Positions 50,049 through 60,663 of a stretch of DNA of 64,000 nt are shown here, one piece after another. Numbering within the stretch: position 1 is the stretch's first letter; every line of letters begins with the position of its first letter. Location of the stretch: NCBI GenBank assembly GCA_963803805.1, contig CAWDOD010000002.1, positions 608,001 to 672,000 on the forward strand, in the 5' to 3' direction. Below the pieces are notes generated by a model that made no database searches, had not been told where the DNA came from, and saw nothing but the letters and a program-made list of their open reading frames with translations. The stretch comes from an uncultured cyanobacterium. Its GTDB lineage: Bacteria > Cyanobacteriota > Cyanobacteriia > Cyanobacteriales > CAWCAG01. The position numbers and the translations under genes were made by a program.

Positions 50049-50753
50049 TTAGGAACCAAGATGTTTTTCAAAAAACTCCTTTGTCCGCTTATTAGCCATG
50101 GTGGCGGCTTGTTGAGAATAATGTTGCCCCCCAACCCGTGCAAAACCATGGTTCGCATCACCATAAGTATAGAGAGTCACACCGGGATGATAATTAAAAG
50201 CATCTGCAATTAAAGAACGAGCTTCTGCGGGAACGAATTCATCTTCTCCTGCTAAATGGAGAATAGTTGGAGTTTTAATGCTAGCAAGTTCATCAAGGCT
50301 ATTTTCAATCCCCACCCCATAATAACTAACATCACAATCGGTATTAGTGCGGGAGGCCATTAAGTAAGCAAGCTTACCTCCTAAACAATAACCAACGCTG
50401 CCAACTTTTCCGGTACAATTGGGCATACTTCTAATGGTATTGAGAGTGATCACCAAATCATCTATACCTTTGTCTTCACTAAAGCCCTCGTACAACTCCA
50501 AAGCCTGCTGCCATTCTGCTTCAGATTGATCACTAAGCTGGATTCCTGGCTCTTGTCGCCAAAATAAATCTGGTACTATGACCAGATAACCTGCCTCAGC
50601 GTAGGAGTCTGCCAAGTTGCGCATCACTTGGTTTATACCAAAAATTTCCTGGATCAAAATTAATCCTGGTGCAGGTTCGACGGTTGGTTTAGCCAAATAA
50701 GCGCTAAAACTACCGCCGTCAACAGCTTTAATCATGATTTCTTCACTGTTCAT
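50049..50753 (-). CDS. Dienelactone hydrolase family protein
   Basis: QEIFG, PDLFWR, GYCLGG and HGF. Confidence 0.92.
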   Translation of the reverse strand: MNSEEIMIKAVDGGSFSAYLAKPTVEPAPGLILIQEIFGINQVMRNLADSYAEAGYLVIVPDLFWRQEPGIQLSDQSEAEWQQALELYEGFSEDKGIDDLVITLNTIRSMPNCTGKVGSVGYCLGGKLAYLMASRTNTDCDVSYYGVGIENSLDELASIKTPTILHLAGEDEFVPAEARSLIADAFNYHPGVTLYTYGDANHGFARVGGQHYSQQAATMANKRTKEFFEKHLGS

Positions 50754-50841
50754 AACTAGTTCATCTCATTTGGTTCTTTGTAACACTCTCCAGGGTCTAG
50801 GTTATATCATTTACCATTAAATATTTATCATCTGTAGCTAT

Positions 50842-52362
50842 ATGCGTTATTTATCCTTTATTTTATTAAGTTATTTATTACTTCTTTTTCCTACTCCTGT
50901 CAAAGCTAACCAAGAAATAGAAAGAGAAACTTGGTTAGCCCAAAGTCGCAATCAAGCTGACTTTTGGTCAACTTCCCAAGAGTTGATTCAAAAACAACTA
51001 TCTATTCTTGCCTATGTAGAAACTGCCTTCGGGAGTCCAGAATATAATCAAGTTAATTCTGCTAAGGCTAGTTTGCTTTTACATTTAGGTAAGGTGGAAC
51101 GCTTCTTAAAAAGTCAGTATCCGCAACCGGAGTTTTTGTGCTTTAACCGCACTGATGGTTTAACATCTCCTTCTAGCTTGAATCCTCAGCAAACCCAGGT
51201 TTATTGTACTCTCTACAAGTCTCTGGTGCAGCTAGAACCCATTGTTAAATTACTCGATAGGCGCTTACCTTCCCTTTCTGCTTTGGCAACTACCGATCCC
51301 CTTCCTGCTAGTAATGAAGAGTTACCCAGGGATTTATTACGTAGTTTTCCCTTTGATTTTGATAGCCCTGTACCATCGAGATTTTATCGAGTTGAAAATT
51401 TCCCTCAACAAGAAACGATTGTTGTGGATGGGGCAAGAAAAAAGCCCATCGCCGACTACAATCCTCCTTTGCAACCTGCCTTACCAGGAATACCAGGACA
51501 AGCGGTGTTGGCTTTAGAAGCAACTCGCAAGCAGTTATTAGATACTCAGATCCTTTTTCCCTACGAGGTAAAGTTTCGGGAATTTGCTAACAACGAAGAA
51601 GTGATCAATGATCTTCGTTATGGACTTTTACCCCCAGAACCCAATCTTTATGCTAAGTTTCTCGGGCAACCTAATACCGGAATTATTCATATTCTCTCGG
51701 CAGAGGCACATAATCCTAATCCTAATCGTTTAAGGAACCGTCTCAAAGAACCTGTGGTTAACCGTTTTCCTTTAGCCGCTTTAGTACCACCGAAAAAGAG
51801 AGACTTTGTACCTCGCTTAAATCTTCAGATTCAAGGGGACAATTTTGAGGTGATGATGCCAGGGTTAAATTATGGTTTTATGGTGAATATGGGGGATGTA
51901 GCCATGGAAAATTTAGTCTCAGAAAAGGAAAAGGATCTCTTAGGCAATTTCTCTTCTTTAACTCAACCGCAAAAAGAACTATTCTTCAACTACCGTCCCC
52001 CGGAACAAATCAAAACCATCAATGAACATAAGCAACGCTTTATTATGGGGCAAAGGGCAGCAAATTTAGGGATTTTACCTATGCCGGCGGTAACTCAGTT
52101 ACCAATTCAACGCAACCATACTTATTTGCTACGTTTGGTACAGTACCAACTCCCAGAAGCTTTGATTACCGGAGAAGCCATATCAAGGAGCGATCGCCGC
52201 TATCTTAATGAAACTTTTGATGTTCCTAGCAGCGATTTATTAGTAGTATTTCGTCCTGTACATCGGCGTATTGATGGCACTTATACAGTTCTCTGGCAGG
52301 TAATTAAAGAGTTTGATGATCCGCAAATTGTGGACTTAGAAGATTATGTAGAGTTGGAGTAA
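50842..52362 (+). CDS. Hypothetical exported cyanobacterial protein
   Basis: Signal peptide and a long clean ORF. C-terminal HTYLLR...DLLVVF...DGTYTVLWQ. Confidence 0.7.
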   Translation: MRYLSFILLSYLLLLFPTPVKANQEIERETWLAQSRNQADFWSTSQELIQKQLSILAYVETAFGSPEYNQVNSAKASLLLHLGKVERFLKSQYPQPEFLCFNRTDGLTSPSSLNPQQTQVYCTLYKSLVQLEPIVKLLDRRLPSLSALATTDPLPASNEELPRDLLRSFPFDFDSPVPSRFYRVENFPQQETIVVDGARKKPIADYNPPLQPALPGIPGQAVLALEATRKQLLDTQILFPYEVKFREFANNEEVINDLRYGLLPPEPNLYAKFLGQPNTGIIHILSAEAHNPNPNRLRNRLKEPVVNRFPLAALVPPKKRDFVPRLNLQIQGDNFEVMMPGLNYGFMVNMGDVAMENLVSEKEKDLLGNFSSLTQPQKELFFNYRPPEQIKTINEHKQRFIMGQRAANLGILPMPAVTQLPIQRNHTYLLRLVQYQLPEALITGEAISRSDRRYLNETFDVPSSDLLVVFRPVHRRIDGTYTVLWQVIKEFDDPQIVDLEDYVELE

Positions 52363-52460
52363 TATCATTAAAGACTAGGCATTGCATAAATAAAAACGGA
52401 AATAAGTGAATATTAATTTCTAAAACTAACCTATTGAAAAATTCATATTTCAATTAACTT

Positions 52461-52492
52461 AAAAAGAGCGAGTTATTAAATAACTCGCTCTT
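52461..52492 (-). terminator. Intrinsic terminator, possibly bidirectional
   Basis: Perfect 13-bp stem AAGAGCGAGTTAT/ATAACTCGCTCTT between convergent genes, with a T-run on the minus strand. Confidence 0.8.
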
Positions 52493-52595
52493 AATAATTT
52501 TTTATTATTTTTTTCCTGGATGGTTGCTGGAAAAACCATCGCAACGAACCGTATTTGTGAGCTGGTTTATTCCTAAAGTTTAATACCTTAGACAT
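52491..52595 (-). CDS. Candidate 34-aa small protein
   Basis: AGGAG 10 nt before the ATG. Sequence MSKVLNFRNKPAHKYGSLRWFFQQPSRKKIIKNY*. The stop abuts the terminator. Confidence 0.3.
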   Translation of the reverse strand: MSKVLNFRNKPAHKYGSLRWFFQQPSRKKIIKNY

Positions 52596-52627
52596 TTATT
52601 ATTCGCTCCTGGATAGTTACTATAGCC

Positions 52628-52819
52628 TTAAGCAGTTTCCAGCCAGTCAAAAATTTGATCAAGTTGTTCGAGGGTGACTAAGCCATATTTCCAAAGAACC
52701 ATGGGTAAAGAACCAGGATGTTGATCCATATACCTCTGGGCGATCGCAATGGAATCTTGGGATATTGCTAGTTCGTTTTCTAGAAAACTCAAAAATCGGG
52801 AATAAGTTACCGGTGGCAT
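52628..52819 (-). CDS. DUF2949 family protein
   Basis: FLENELAIS...LPMVLWKYGLVTLEQLDQIFDWLE. Confidence 0.85.
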   Translation of the reverse strand: MPPVTYSRFLSFLENELAISQDSIAIAQRYMDQHPGSLPMVLWKYGLVTLEQLDQIFDWLETA

Positions 52820-53189
52820 AAGTTTTGTTTCACCTCCTTAAAGGGTAAATATATTTTCTAACGAGTACCTCGTTTAACTGAGCTAGAGGTTGCCAATCTT
52901 TAATTCGTCTACTATCTCTAGCCCTATCTTTTTGTATATTTTCAGCTTTTTTGAGTTTCTTGCTTGTGTTCTAAATCACAGGTTAGCAAGGATTTTAGTT
53001 ACTCAAACGACTCAAAATTCTCTTAAAGCTCAGTTGCTTTCAGTATCATCTTGATTTTCTCACAAATATGTAGAAAAATATTGTCCAAGCTGTAATCATC
53101 CTTGATAATCTCAGCATTGATTATCTTAGAACCAATTACTTCAACTTCACAAAGCTGTTTCCAAATTTGTAACGATAATTTTTCGATTT

Positions 53190-53885
53190 TTAAGCTTCCC
53201 TAAGAACATATCCTACTCCCCTAACTGTTTGTATCAAACGCTTTTCACCTTCATCTTCAATTTTCAGGCGTAGATAACGAATGTAAACTTCAATTACATT
53301 AGACTCCCCAACAAAGTCGTAACCCCAAACATTTTCCAAAATCTGTTCTCTTGCTAATACCTCACGGGGATGAGACATTAAATATTTCAGTAGTTCAAAT
53401 TCTTTCATGGTTAGTTCAATATTCCTACCCTTACGAAGTACCCTTCGTGTGCTGAGATCCAATACCAATTCTCCGAAGCGCAGTTGTTTGGTTTCTTCTT
53501 GATTAGGTTGTAGGTAAAAACTGATTAACTGTATAAAGGTATCTGTACGATAGGGTTTAACTAAATAATCATCCGCCCCTGCTTCTAAACAAGCTACTCT
53601 ATCTTCAACGCTATCCCGCGACATTAACATTAGTACAGGTACTCTACTACCTGTAAGTCTCAACTGACGACAAAACAATAGCCCAGATTCTTCTCCCAAA
53701 GCTCTATCTACAACTACCATAGATGGTTGTAGTTGTTTAAATCGCAGCATACCACTATTAGCATTTAGGGCTATAGAAGTTTGATAACCAGCTTCTCTCA
53801 AATCTAGATTTGCTTTTTGGGCAAAAGTCTCGTCAGTTTCAATTAAAAGAACGCAGGAGTTACTGTCTAAGTTAGCAGGAGACAT
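53190..53885 (-). CDS. nblR: OmpR-family response regulator NblR
   Basis: Atypical receiver (LLIETD, VVDRALGEESG, LMSRD) and a winged helix (SNVIEVYIRYLRLKIE). It lies next to DUF2949. Confidence 0.85.
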   Translation of the reverse strand: MSPANLDSNSCVLLIETDETFAQKANLDLREAGYQTSIALNANSGMLRFKQLQPSMVVVDRALGEESGLLFCRQLRLTGSRVPVLMLMSRDSVEDRVACLEAGADDYLVKPYRTDTFIQLISFYLQPNQEETKQLRFGELVLDLSTRRVLRKGRNIELTMKEFELLKYLMSHPREVLAREQILENVWGYDFVGESNVIEVYIRYLRLKIEDEGEKRLIQTVRGVGYVLREA

Positions 53886-53943
53886 AGGCTAGTTGAGCAA
53901 TAATACCTAAGCTTTCTCTACTGTTTTAGCATAAAGTTAGCAG

Positions 53944-53965
53944 TTGACATCCTCCCCGCCCTAAA
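53944..53965. mobile_element. Possible IS200/IS605-family end remnant
   Basis: TTGACATCCTCCCCGCCCTAAA resembles the first arm of the subterminal hairpin of cyanobacterial IS605-type elements. The second arm and transposase are absent. Confidence 0.4.
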
Positions 53966-53987
53966 ATTTATTACTTATTACTTGCCA

Positions 53988-55895
53988 TTAAGCTCTTTCC
54001 GCCAATTCCAACCACTTTTCCGTTGCTACATCTATTTTTTCGGTAAGATTTTGCAACTTTTCATACAACTCCTTAACCTCTTTCACTTTCCCCGGAGGAG
54101 CATTATAAAGAGCTTTTTCCAGTTCTTCTTTCTCTGATTCTAATTGAGAGATTTGCTCTTCTAATTCGCTAAAAGTTTTCCTTTCCCAATTAGATAGTCG
54201 CCGTTGCTTATTGCTAGTTCTGTTTTTTGATTTACTTGTTGTTATTTTTACACTTGTTTTTTTAACTTCAGAAGTTTCCTTCTCCTTCGCTTTTTGGTAA
54301 TCTAAATAAATAGAATAATTTCCTGGATATCTACGAATCATCCCCCCAGATTCTAAAGCAAAAATACTATTAACTGTCCTGTCTAAAAAGTAGCGATCGT
54401 GGGAAACAACAATAACACAACCATTAAATTCAGCTAAATATTCTTCCAAAACTGCCAGGGTTTGTACATCTAAATCATTAGTAGGTTCATCCAAAATTAA
54501 AACGTTAGGAGCGCCCATTAATACCCTTAAAAGAAATAAGCGTCGCTTTTCTCCTCCAGAGAGTTTGTAAATGGGAACATATTGTTGATTAGGAGGAAAA
54601 AGAAAGCGCTCCAACATTTGCGAAGCACTAATAATAGTACCATCAGTAGTTTGTACTAACTCTCCTACTTCTTTAAGATACTCAATTACCCTTTGCTCTT
54701 CATTTAATGCTGCCAGTAAATCTTCTGAGTGTTGGTCAAAATAGCCAAAATGAATTGTACTACCAACTTCTACTGTTCCTGCATCAGGTTGAATTCGTTG
54801 GGTAATAATATCCATTAAAGTAGACTTACCTGCCCCATTGCTACCAATAATACCAATGCGATCATCAGGATTAAAAAGGTAAGTAAAATCCTTAATTAAA
54901 GTGCGATCGCCATAGCTTTTGCTAATATTTTCTAACTCAATTACTTTCTTGCCAATACGACGATTAGGAGTAGTGATTTCTACTTTTCCTTGGGCTTCTT
55001 TGAACTCCTGCTCCTTCATTTCATCAATACGATCAATACGCGCTCTTTGTTTGGTACTCCGCGCTTTTGGCCCTTGCCTTAACCAAGCTAATTCCCTTCG
55101 CAATACTCCTTTATACTTACGCTGACTACTAGCAACAGATTCTTCTGCCAAAGCTTTTTTTTCTAAAAAATAAGCGTAATTTCCGGCATAATGATAAAAA
55201 TCCCCTCGATCTATTTCAATAATGCGATTAGTTACCCGATCTAAAAAATAACGGTCGTGGGTAATTAATAAAATCGCTCCACGATAACCACTTAAGTAAC
55301 CTTGTAACCACTCCACAGAAAGAGCATCTAAATGGTTAGTTGGCTCATCCATAAGTAATACTTCCGGTTGAGCAAGAAGAGCCGTTGCTAAGGCAATACG
55401 CTTACGATAACCGCCGGATAAAGTACCAACGATAGCCTCAAAATCAACAATTCCTAACTTAGTTAAAATAATTTTGGCATTAGTTTCTAAATCCCAAGCA
55501 TTGAGGGTTTCAATTTGTTGGTTAACCTGAGAAAATCTATTGAGAAGTTGCTTATTATCAGGTTCTTTTGCTAGTTTTCTCGAAAGTTCTTCATACTCCC
55601 GAACTAAATTCATTTGCTCACTACTATCAGTAAAAACCTGTTGTAGAACTGTAAGATTTTCATCTAAGTCCGGTTGCTGAGGTAAATAAGCAATTCTCGT
55701 TTCTGGATTAACAATTATTTTTCCCCCATCAATGGGTTCTAGCCCAGCAATCATCTTTAATAAAGTAGATTTACCGGAACCATTAGTACCAATTAAACCA
55801 ACTTTATCCCTTGCCTCAAGACTAAAGCTGGCATCTTTAAGAATTTCTTTTGTACCAAAGTCTTTTTGAACAGATTGGAGAGTGAAAATAGTCAT
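53988..55895 (-). CDS. ABC-F family ATPase (Uup-like)
   Basis: Two ABC cassettes (GTNGSGKST/LSGG/DEPTNHLD and GSNGAGKST/LSGGE/DEPTNDLD), no TM helices, C-terminal coiled coil. Confidence 0.92.
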   Translation of the reverse strand: MTIFTLQSVQKDFGTKEILKDASFSLEARDKVGLIGTNGSGKSTLLKMIAGLEPIDGGKIIVNPETRIAYLPQQPDLDENLTVLQQVFTDSSEQMNLVREYEELSRKLAKEPDNKQLLNRFSQVNQQIETLNAWDLETNAKIILTKLGIVDFEAIVGTLSGGYRKRIALATALLAQPEVLLMDEPTNHLDALSVEWLQGYLSGYRGAILLITHDRYFLDRVTNRIIEIDRGDFYHYAGNYAYFLEKKALAEESVASSQRKYKGVLRRELAWLRQGPKARSTKQRARIDRIDEMKEQEFKEAQGKVEITTPNRRIGKKVIELENISKSYGDRTLIKDFTYLFNPDDRIGIIGSNGAGKSTLMDIITQRIQPDAGTVEVGSTIHFGYFDQHSEDLLAALNEEQRVIEYLKEVGELVQTTDGTIISASQMLERFLFPPNQQYVPIYKLSGGEKRRLFLLRVLMGAPNVLILDEPTNDLDVQTLAVLEEYLAEFNGCVIVVSHDRYFLDRTVNSIFALESGGMIRRYPGNYSIYLDYQKAKEKETSEVKKTSVKITTSKSKNRTSNKQRRLSNWERKTFSELEEQISQLESEKEELEKALYNAPPGKVKEVKELYEKLQNLTEKIDVATEKWLELAERA

Positions 55896-56118
55896 GATTA
55901 TACTAGACCCTGTTTAGTTCCACAGGTTATTAGTGAGGGCAGAAGCCAGAGAGTAGGGAGTAGGCAGCATCAGAAAAAATAGTCTACCTCATGTGAATTG
56001 CTATAGCTATTAGCTTCTTGGCTATATAAGTCACAATTTCACAAAGCTATTCCCTATAGCCTTACGGCAACCATACACGCGAACCTTCCCCTTACTAACT
56101 AGCAATTATTCTCTTCTG

Positions 56119-57441
56119 TTAGCTGATAAACTCACGGGGATCGGTTACATAGCCTGTAATCGCAGAAGCTGCCGCCGTATAAGGGGAAGCGAGATAAATT
56201 TGGGCTTTTTTATCTCCCATGCGACCAGGGAAATTACGATTAGTAGTAGAAACGCAAACTTCTGGTTTATTCATTCTGCCGAAGGTATCTTTTCGACCCC
56301 CTAAACAAGCTGCACAGGAAGGTGCCGCAGGCTCAATGCAACCGGCTTCTAAAAAGATTTCCGAGAGGGTTTGCCCTTGGTATTTAATGCTGAATAGGTC
56401 TTCATAAACCTTTTGGGTGGCCGGGACAATATAAGTGGGTACACTGACTTTATTTCCTTTGAGAATCTTGGCAGCGTTATAAAAATCAGTGGTTTTGCCC
56501 CCGGTACAAGAACCAATATAAGCCCTGTCAATTTTGACATCACTACATTCTCTTGCTAAAGCCCGGTTGTCGGGGGAATGGGGTTTCGCAACTACTGGTT
56601 CTAGTTGGGCCACATTATAACGGCGATCACTATAAAATTGGGCATCTTCATCGCTATAAACTGGTGTAAAATCTTTGTTAGTGCGATCGCGCAAGTAAGC
56701 AAAGGTCGTTTCATCTGGGGCAATGACTCCATTTTTCCCCCCAGCTTCAATAACCATGTTGCAAAGGGTCATCCTTTCTTCCATAGTCATCTTTTCTACA
56801 ACTTCCCCAGCAAATTCCATGGTGCGGTAAGTTGCCCCAGCCACACCAATATCCCCAATAACTTGCAAAATCAAATCTTTGGCTAGCAAGTAATCTGGCA
56901 TTTCCCCATCAAATACAAAGCGCATGGTAGCCGGGACTTTAATTAAAAGTTTACCTGTTCCCATAATAAATCCTGCATCAGTGTTGCCAATTCCTGTGGC
57001 AAATTGACCAAACGCACCAGCATTACAAGTATGGGAATCTGTACCAAAAAGCACTTCCCCAGGGCGAGTATGACCTTCTTGAGCTAGGGCAATGTGGCAA
57101 ACTCCTTTATAATCGGGATTAGCTTTAAAGTCCCCTCTATCAGTAATATCATAGAAATATTTAATCTTTTGTTCTTGAGCGAAGTCTCGCAAAATATCCA
57201 CATTACGATTAGCTCTTTTGTCAGCCGTAAAAATGTAGTGGTCAGGAATAAGCACAATTTTATCTGCATCCCAAACCTTAGCCTCTGCCCCGAATTCCCG
57301 CTTAAATACCCCAATAGTACCAGGGCCACAAACATCATGGGTCATCAAAACATCTACATTAACCCAAACATTCTCCCCCGGTTCCACTTGAGAACGACCC
57401 GCAGCACGGGCGATAATTTTTTCGGTTAAGGTCATAGCCAT
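56119..57441 (-). CDS. leuC: 3-isopropylmalate dehydratase large subunit
   Basis: MTLTEKI, DSHTC, IGSCTGG, CAACLG and TTNRNFPGRMG. Confidence 0.92.
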   Translation of the reverse strand: MAMTLTEKIIARAAGRSQVEPGENVWVNVDVLMTHDVCGPGTIGVFKREFGAEAKVWDADKIVLIPDHYIFTADKRANRNVDILRDFAQEQKIKYFYDITDRGDFKANPDYKGVCHIALAQEGHTRPGEVLFGTDSHTCNAGAFGQFATGIGNTDAGFIMGTGKLLIKVPATMRFVFDGEMPDYLLAKDLILQVIGDIGVAGATYRTMEFAGEVVEKMTMEERMTLCNMVIEAGGKNGVIAPDETTFAYLRDRTNKDFTPVYSDEDAQFYSDRRYNVAQLEPVVAKPHSPDNRALARECSDVKIDRAYIGSCTGGKTTDFYNAAKILKGNKVSVPTYIVPATQKVYEDLFSIKYQGQTLSEIFLEAGCIEPAAPSCAACLGGRKDTFGRMNKPEVCVSTTNRNFPGRMGDKKAQIYLASPYTAAASAITGYVTDPREFIS

Positions 57442-57506
57442 AGTAGTTGATCTCCTAGATAATTAAAATATGATTTTTCCTCGCCAAACTTGAAGCCTGG
57501 TACATA

Positions 57507-57530
57507 GTAGGGAGGCATTACCCACCCTAC
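57507..57530. repeat. Degenerate REP-like palindrome
   Basis: GTAGGGAGGCATTACCCACCCTAC starts with GTAG and forms an imperfect stem. Confidence 0.5.
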
Positions 57531-57557
57531 AAAATATACAATCTAGTTCCTGACACT

Positions 57558-59363
57558 TCAAGCTGGATAAATCCTCAATCTGCGATTTGGTTCATCCCCA
57601 AAACTGTTAGATTTAAGGCGATAATGCTCTACTAATTCGTGTTGCATTTTCCGCACTTTGCCAGAACGAGGCAATAATTCCACCGGTTGTCCTTTGGGAA
57701 TAACTATTTGCTCTACTGCTAACCTAGCTTCTTCTAAGGCCTCAATTTCATCGTCATTGCCACTTTGGGTAAACAGGCGCATATCTATGGCTTCGGGAAC
57801 CTTGGGGTCATCCATATTCAAAAGACGACGTAGGGCGCGACTAATTTGAGGTACAGTACTAGATTTAACAGCGTGGATGGGTAACTGCCGTGCCTTAGCA
57901 ATTTGTCGTAACTTAGAATGATTTTTAATATGCGATCGCAACGCTAAAACCGCATCTGCACTATCCATATCTTTAGTTAAGACGATAGGCAGGTTCATAA
58001 TTTCAATTACTTGTTGTAATTGGTTACGGCTAACTCCGTAGGGATAAACATATAAAGGTAAATCCTCACCATTAGGCCCAGGCATTCTCAACTGATTTCT
58101 CTCGACATCCTGGTGTTGCCAAGATTGGTCAAGCATTTGGGCAAAGTCGTTTTGAGTGGCAGGGGTTGCCACCTGCTGTCTAGGTAAGGCTTTCATCCTT
58201 CCTGAAGCTCGCCATCCTCCTGTTTGCATGGTGGGTAGGGTAGAAGCATTTGTTCCCCAAGAGGGAGTTTTTGGAGGTTGTGGGACAATCTCTTCTACTT
58301 GAATCTGTCCTTCTTCATCAACTTTGCGGATCTGTACCTCTGGTTCTCTACCTCGCAACAAGCTATCTACAGTTATAGAAACATCTTCCCAAACCACCCA
58401 ACGTTGCCTTTCTAGCATTTCTACTGCAATGTCAAAGGTGGGAGGGGCTTTACGCTCTAATACCGTTTTCTGAGAACCTCTCCGTCTAGCCTCATCGTCT
58501 CCCAATGTAACAGCTTGGATGCCCCCAATTAAATCTGAGAGGGTCGGATTTTTAATCAGGTTTTCTAGTTGGTTGCCATGGGCTGTTCCCACCAACTGAA
58601 CTCCTCTTTCGGCTATAGTACGGGCTGCCATTGCCTCTAATTCTGTACCAATTTCATCAATAATAATTACCTCTGGCATATGATTTTCCACCGCTTCAAT
58701 CATTACCTGATGCTGCAATTCAGGCCGAGCAACTTGCATCCGCCGCGCCCTACCAATGGCTGGGTGAGGAATGTCTCCATCTCCAGCAATTTCGTTGGAG
58801 GTATCAATAATGACAACACGCTTTTCCAGTTCATCAGCCAACACTCTGCCTATTTCCCGCAAAGCTGTGGTTTTTCCTACTCCAGGACGGCCTAGCAACA
58901 GAATCGAGCGACCAGTCTCTACTAAATCACGAATCATGCCAATAGTGCCAAAAACAGCCCTACCAATGCGACAGGTTAAACCAATAATATCCCCGGTACG
59001 GTTACGAATGGCACTAATGCGGTGGAGAGTACGTTCGATTCCTGCTCGGTTATCCCCACTGAACATACCAACCCGTTCAATAGAATAGTCTAGGTCAGTT
59101 CTGGAGATCGGGGTTTCGCTGAGATATTCTGCTCCGTTAGGGAAGCGGGCTTCTGGTAATCTGCCCAAATCCATAACAACTTCTACTAACCGATCTTTAT
59201 GGGGATGGGATTCCAGTTTGGTCTGTATTTCAGCCGGCAAAATCTCTAATAATTTGTTGAGATTATCAGTAATTTGCATCCTTTGAGCATTAGTATTGTT
59301 CTCATTGATGGCTGATTCTTGAGTCGATGAAGCTGTTTTTTCTAGAGAGTTATTGGATTTCAC
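57558..59363 (-). CDS. Ycf45-like AAA ATPase with an R3H domain
   Basis: GRPGVGKTT, EAVENHMPEVIIIDEIG and C-terminal RKMQH. It lies next to ldpA. Confidence 0.9.
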   Translation of the reverse strand: MKSNNSLEKTASSTQESAINENNTNAQRMQITDNLNKLLEILPAEIQTKLESHPHKDRLVEVVMDLGRLPEARFPNGAEYLSETPISRTDLDYSIERVGMFSGDNRAGIERTLHRISAIRNRTGDIIGLTCRIGRAVFGTIGMIRDLVETGRSILLLGRPGVGKTTALREIGRVLADELEKRVVIIDTSNEIAGDGDIPHPAIGRARRMQVARPELQHQVMIEAVENHMPEVIIIDEIGTELEAMAARTIAERGVQLVGTAHGNQLENLIKNPTLSDLIGGIQAVTLGDDEARRRGSQKTVLERKAPPTFDIAVEMLERQRWVVWEDVSITVDSLLRGREPEVQIRKVDEEGQIQVEEIVPQPPKTPSWGTNASTLPTMQTGGWRASGRMKALPRQQVATPATQNDFAQMLDQSWQHQDVERNQLRMPGPNGEDLPLYVYPYGVSRNQLQQVIEIMNLPIVLTKDMDSADAVLALRSHIKNHSKLRQIAKARQLPIHAVKSSTVPQISRALRRLLNMDDPKVPEAIDMRLFTQSGNDDEIEALEEARLAVEQIVIPKGQPVELLPRSGKVRKMQHELVEHYRLKSNSFGDEPNRRLRIYPA

Positions 59364-59437
59364 GGGTAAAAATAAGCTTTATCTAGGTTTTGGTGTGGCG
59401 CTATAGATAGGGGGGATGCCCAAGAGAGATAACATCA

Positions 59438-60529
59438 CTAAGGAGCTATTTGCAGTGGGGCAAAACTCCGATTCGGAAATTTTAATGGCTCCACCAATTG
59501 GCGAGCTGCTGTAACTGCGGCGATAAGCAAATCAGGATGATTTTCTAGGCGATTGATGGGTAGAAGTTGGGACATGGGAGATGCTATTTCCTTGATGGTT
59601 GAGTAATTAACTGTTTCTAACTGATTGAGAATGGGTAAAAGAAGAGAACGGGCGTAACTACCATAGGCAACGCCAGCTAATTGTTTTTTTCTTAGCAATC
59701 CAAGGGCTTTTAGTTTGGTAACAGTATATTGATTTGTACCGCCAGCTAACTGGATGTAACCAGGTAAATCAGCCCCTAAAACTTTTTGGGCTAGTTTAAC
59801 AGCGGCGCTGGTTGTACCCATGCCAATATCGCCACTCATCGACCGGCCATCAGTTTGCCAAATTAAGGTACAGGGTAAAGGGGTTATTAGTTTGTAAAGA
59901 GTTTGTAAATAAGGGATTAAGTTGGGAGCATCTGGGCAACTAATGGCTAAAAGTTTGAGTTTATTTATTTTAGGGGCGATTACACTCCAAAGTCTTTGAA
60001 AGTCTTGGAAGTGTCCCACTTGGGTGTGAATTTCTACAGCATCAACAGGGTTATTTTGTATTAAAGGGGTTATGGTTTCTGGAGTAGAAACATAGGAACG
60101 AGTATAAATTAATTCACTAGGGCAAATTGGTAAACAACGACCGCAACCGTAACAAATTTGGTCATTTACACCTGAAAATGTGATCGCCTGTGCTGGACAA
60201 ATACTTTCGCAAGGGCGAGGACAGTTAGGAGGGCATTCCGTAGCTAAAAATTCTGCTTTACGGAAATGGGGGTCTTCTCCATCATTGAGACTAATCATTA
60301 ACCAAGGTTTACTTTGATTGGGAGCCAAACTTGCGGCAACCTCAAGCCCCTCTTGAGCTGCTGCTATTACAGCAGGGTCTGCTGCAATGTCGATACAATC
60401 TGCCCCTGCCAGGGTATATGCCAAGGCAAGGTTACGAATAGCAGGTAAGTGCTGAAAACTGGCTCCGCAAATAAGCTTGAACCAGCTACCTTTTCTGAGA
60501 GATTGTAAGGGATAGTACAGTTGACTCAC
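59438..60529 (-). CDS. ldpA: Circadian input Fe-S protein LdpA
   Basis: WFKLICGAS, DGEDPHFRKA, CPPNCPRPCESICP, CYGCGRCLPICP and QLAGGTN. Confidence 0.93.
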   Translation of the reverse strand: MSQLYYPLQSLRKGSWFKLICGASFQHLPAIRNLALAYTLAGADCIDIAADPAVIAAAQEGLEVAASLAPNQSKPWLMISLNDGEDPHFRKAEFLATECPPNCPRPCESICPAQAITFSGVNDQICYGCGRCLPICPSELIYTRSYVSTPETITPLIQNNPVDAVEIHTQVGHFQDFQRLWSVIAPKINKLKLLAISCPDAPNLIPYLQTLYKLITPLPCTLIWQTDGRSMSGDIGMGTTSAAVKLAQKVLGADLPGYIQLAGGTNQYTVTKLKALGLLRKKQLAGVAYGSYARSLLLPILNQLETVNYSTIKEIASPMSQLLPINRLENHPDLLIAAVTAARQLVEPLKFPNRSFAPLQIAP

Positions 60530-60663
60530 CCTTATATCCTATCTTTCTTAGAGCAAAATGGGCCGAGAAAGTTAACAAATTTCCTTAGTAGTATTTTATC
60601 TATTTAGAATCTAGGACTACACTACCTTTAAACGGCAAGGGGCAGTCTGCCCCTCACCCCTAA

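Noticed and set aside
53190-53885. Atypical receiver residues in NblR as a novelty
   Set aside because: NblR is already known to be an atypical, phosphorylation-independent regulator.
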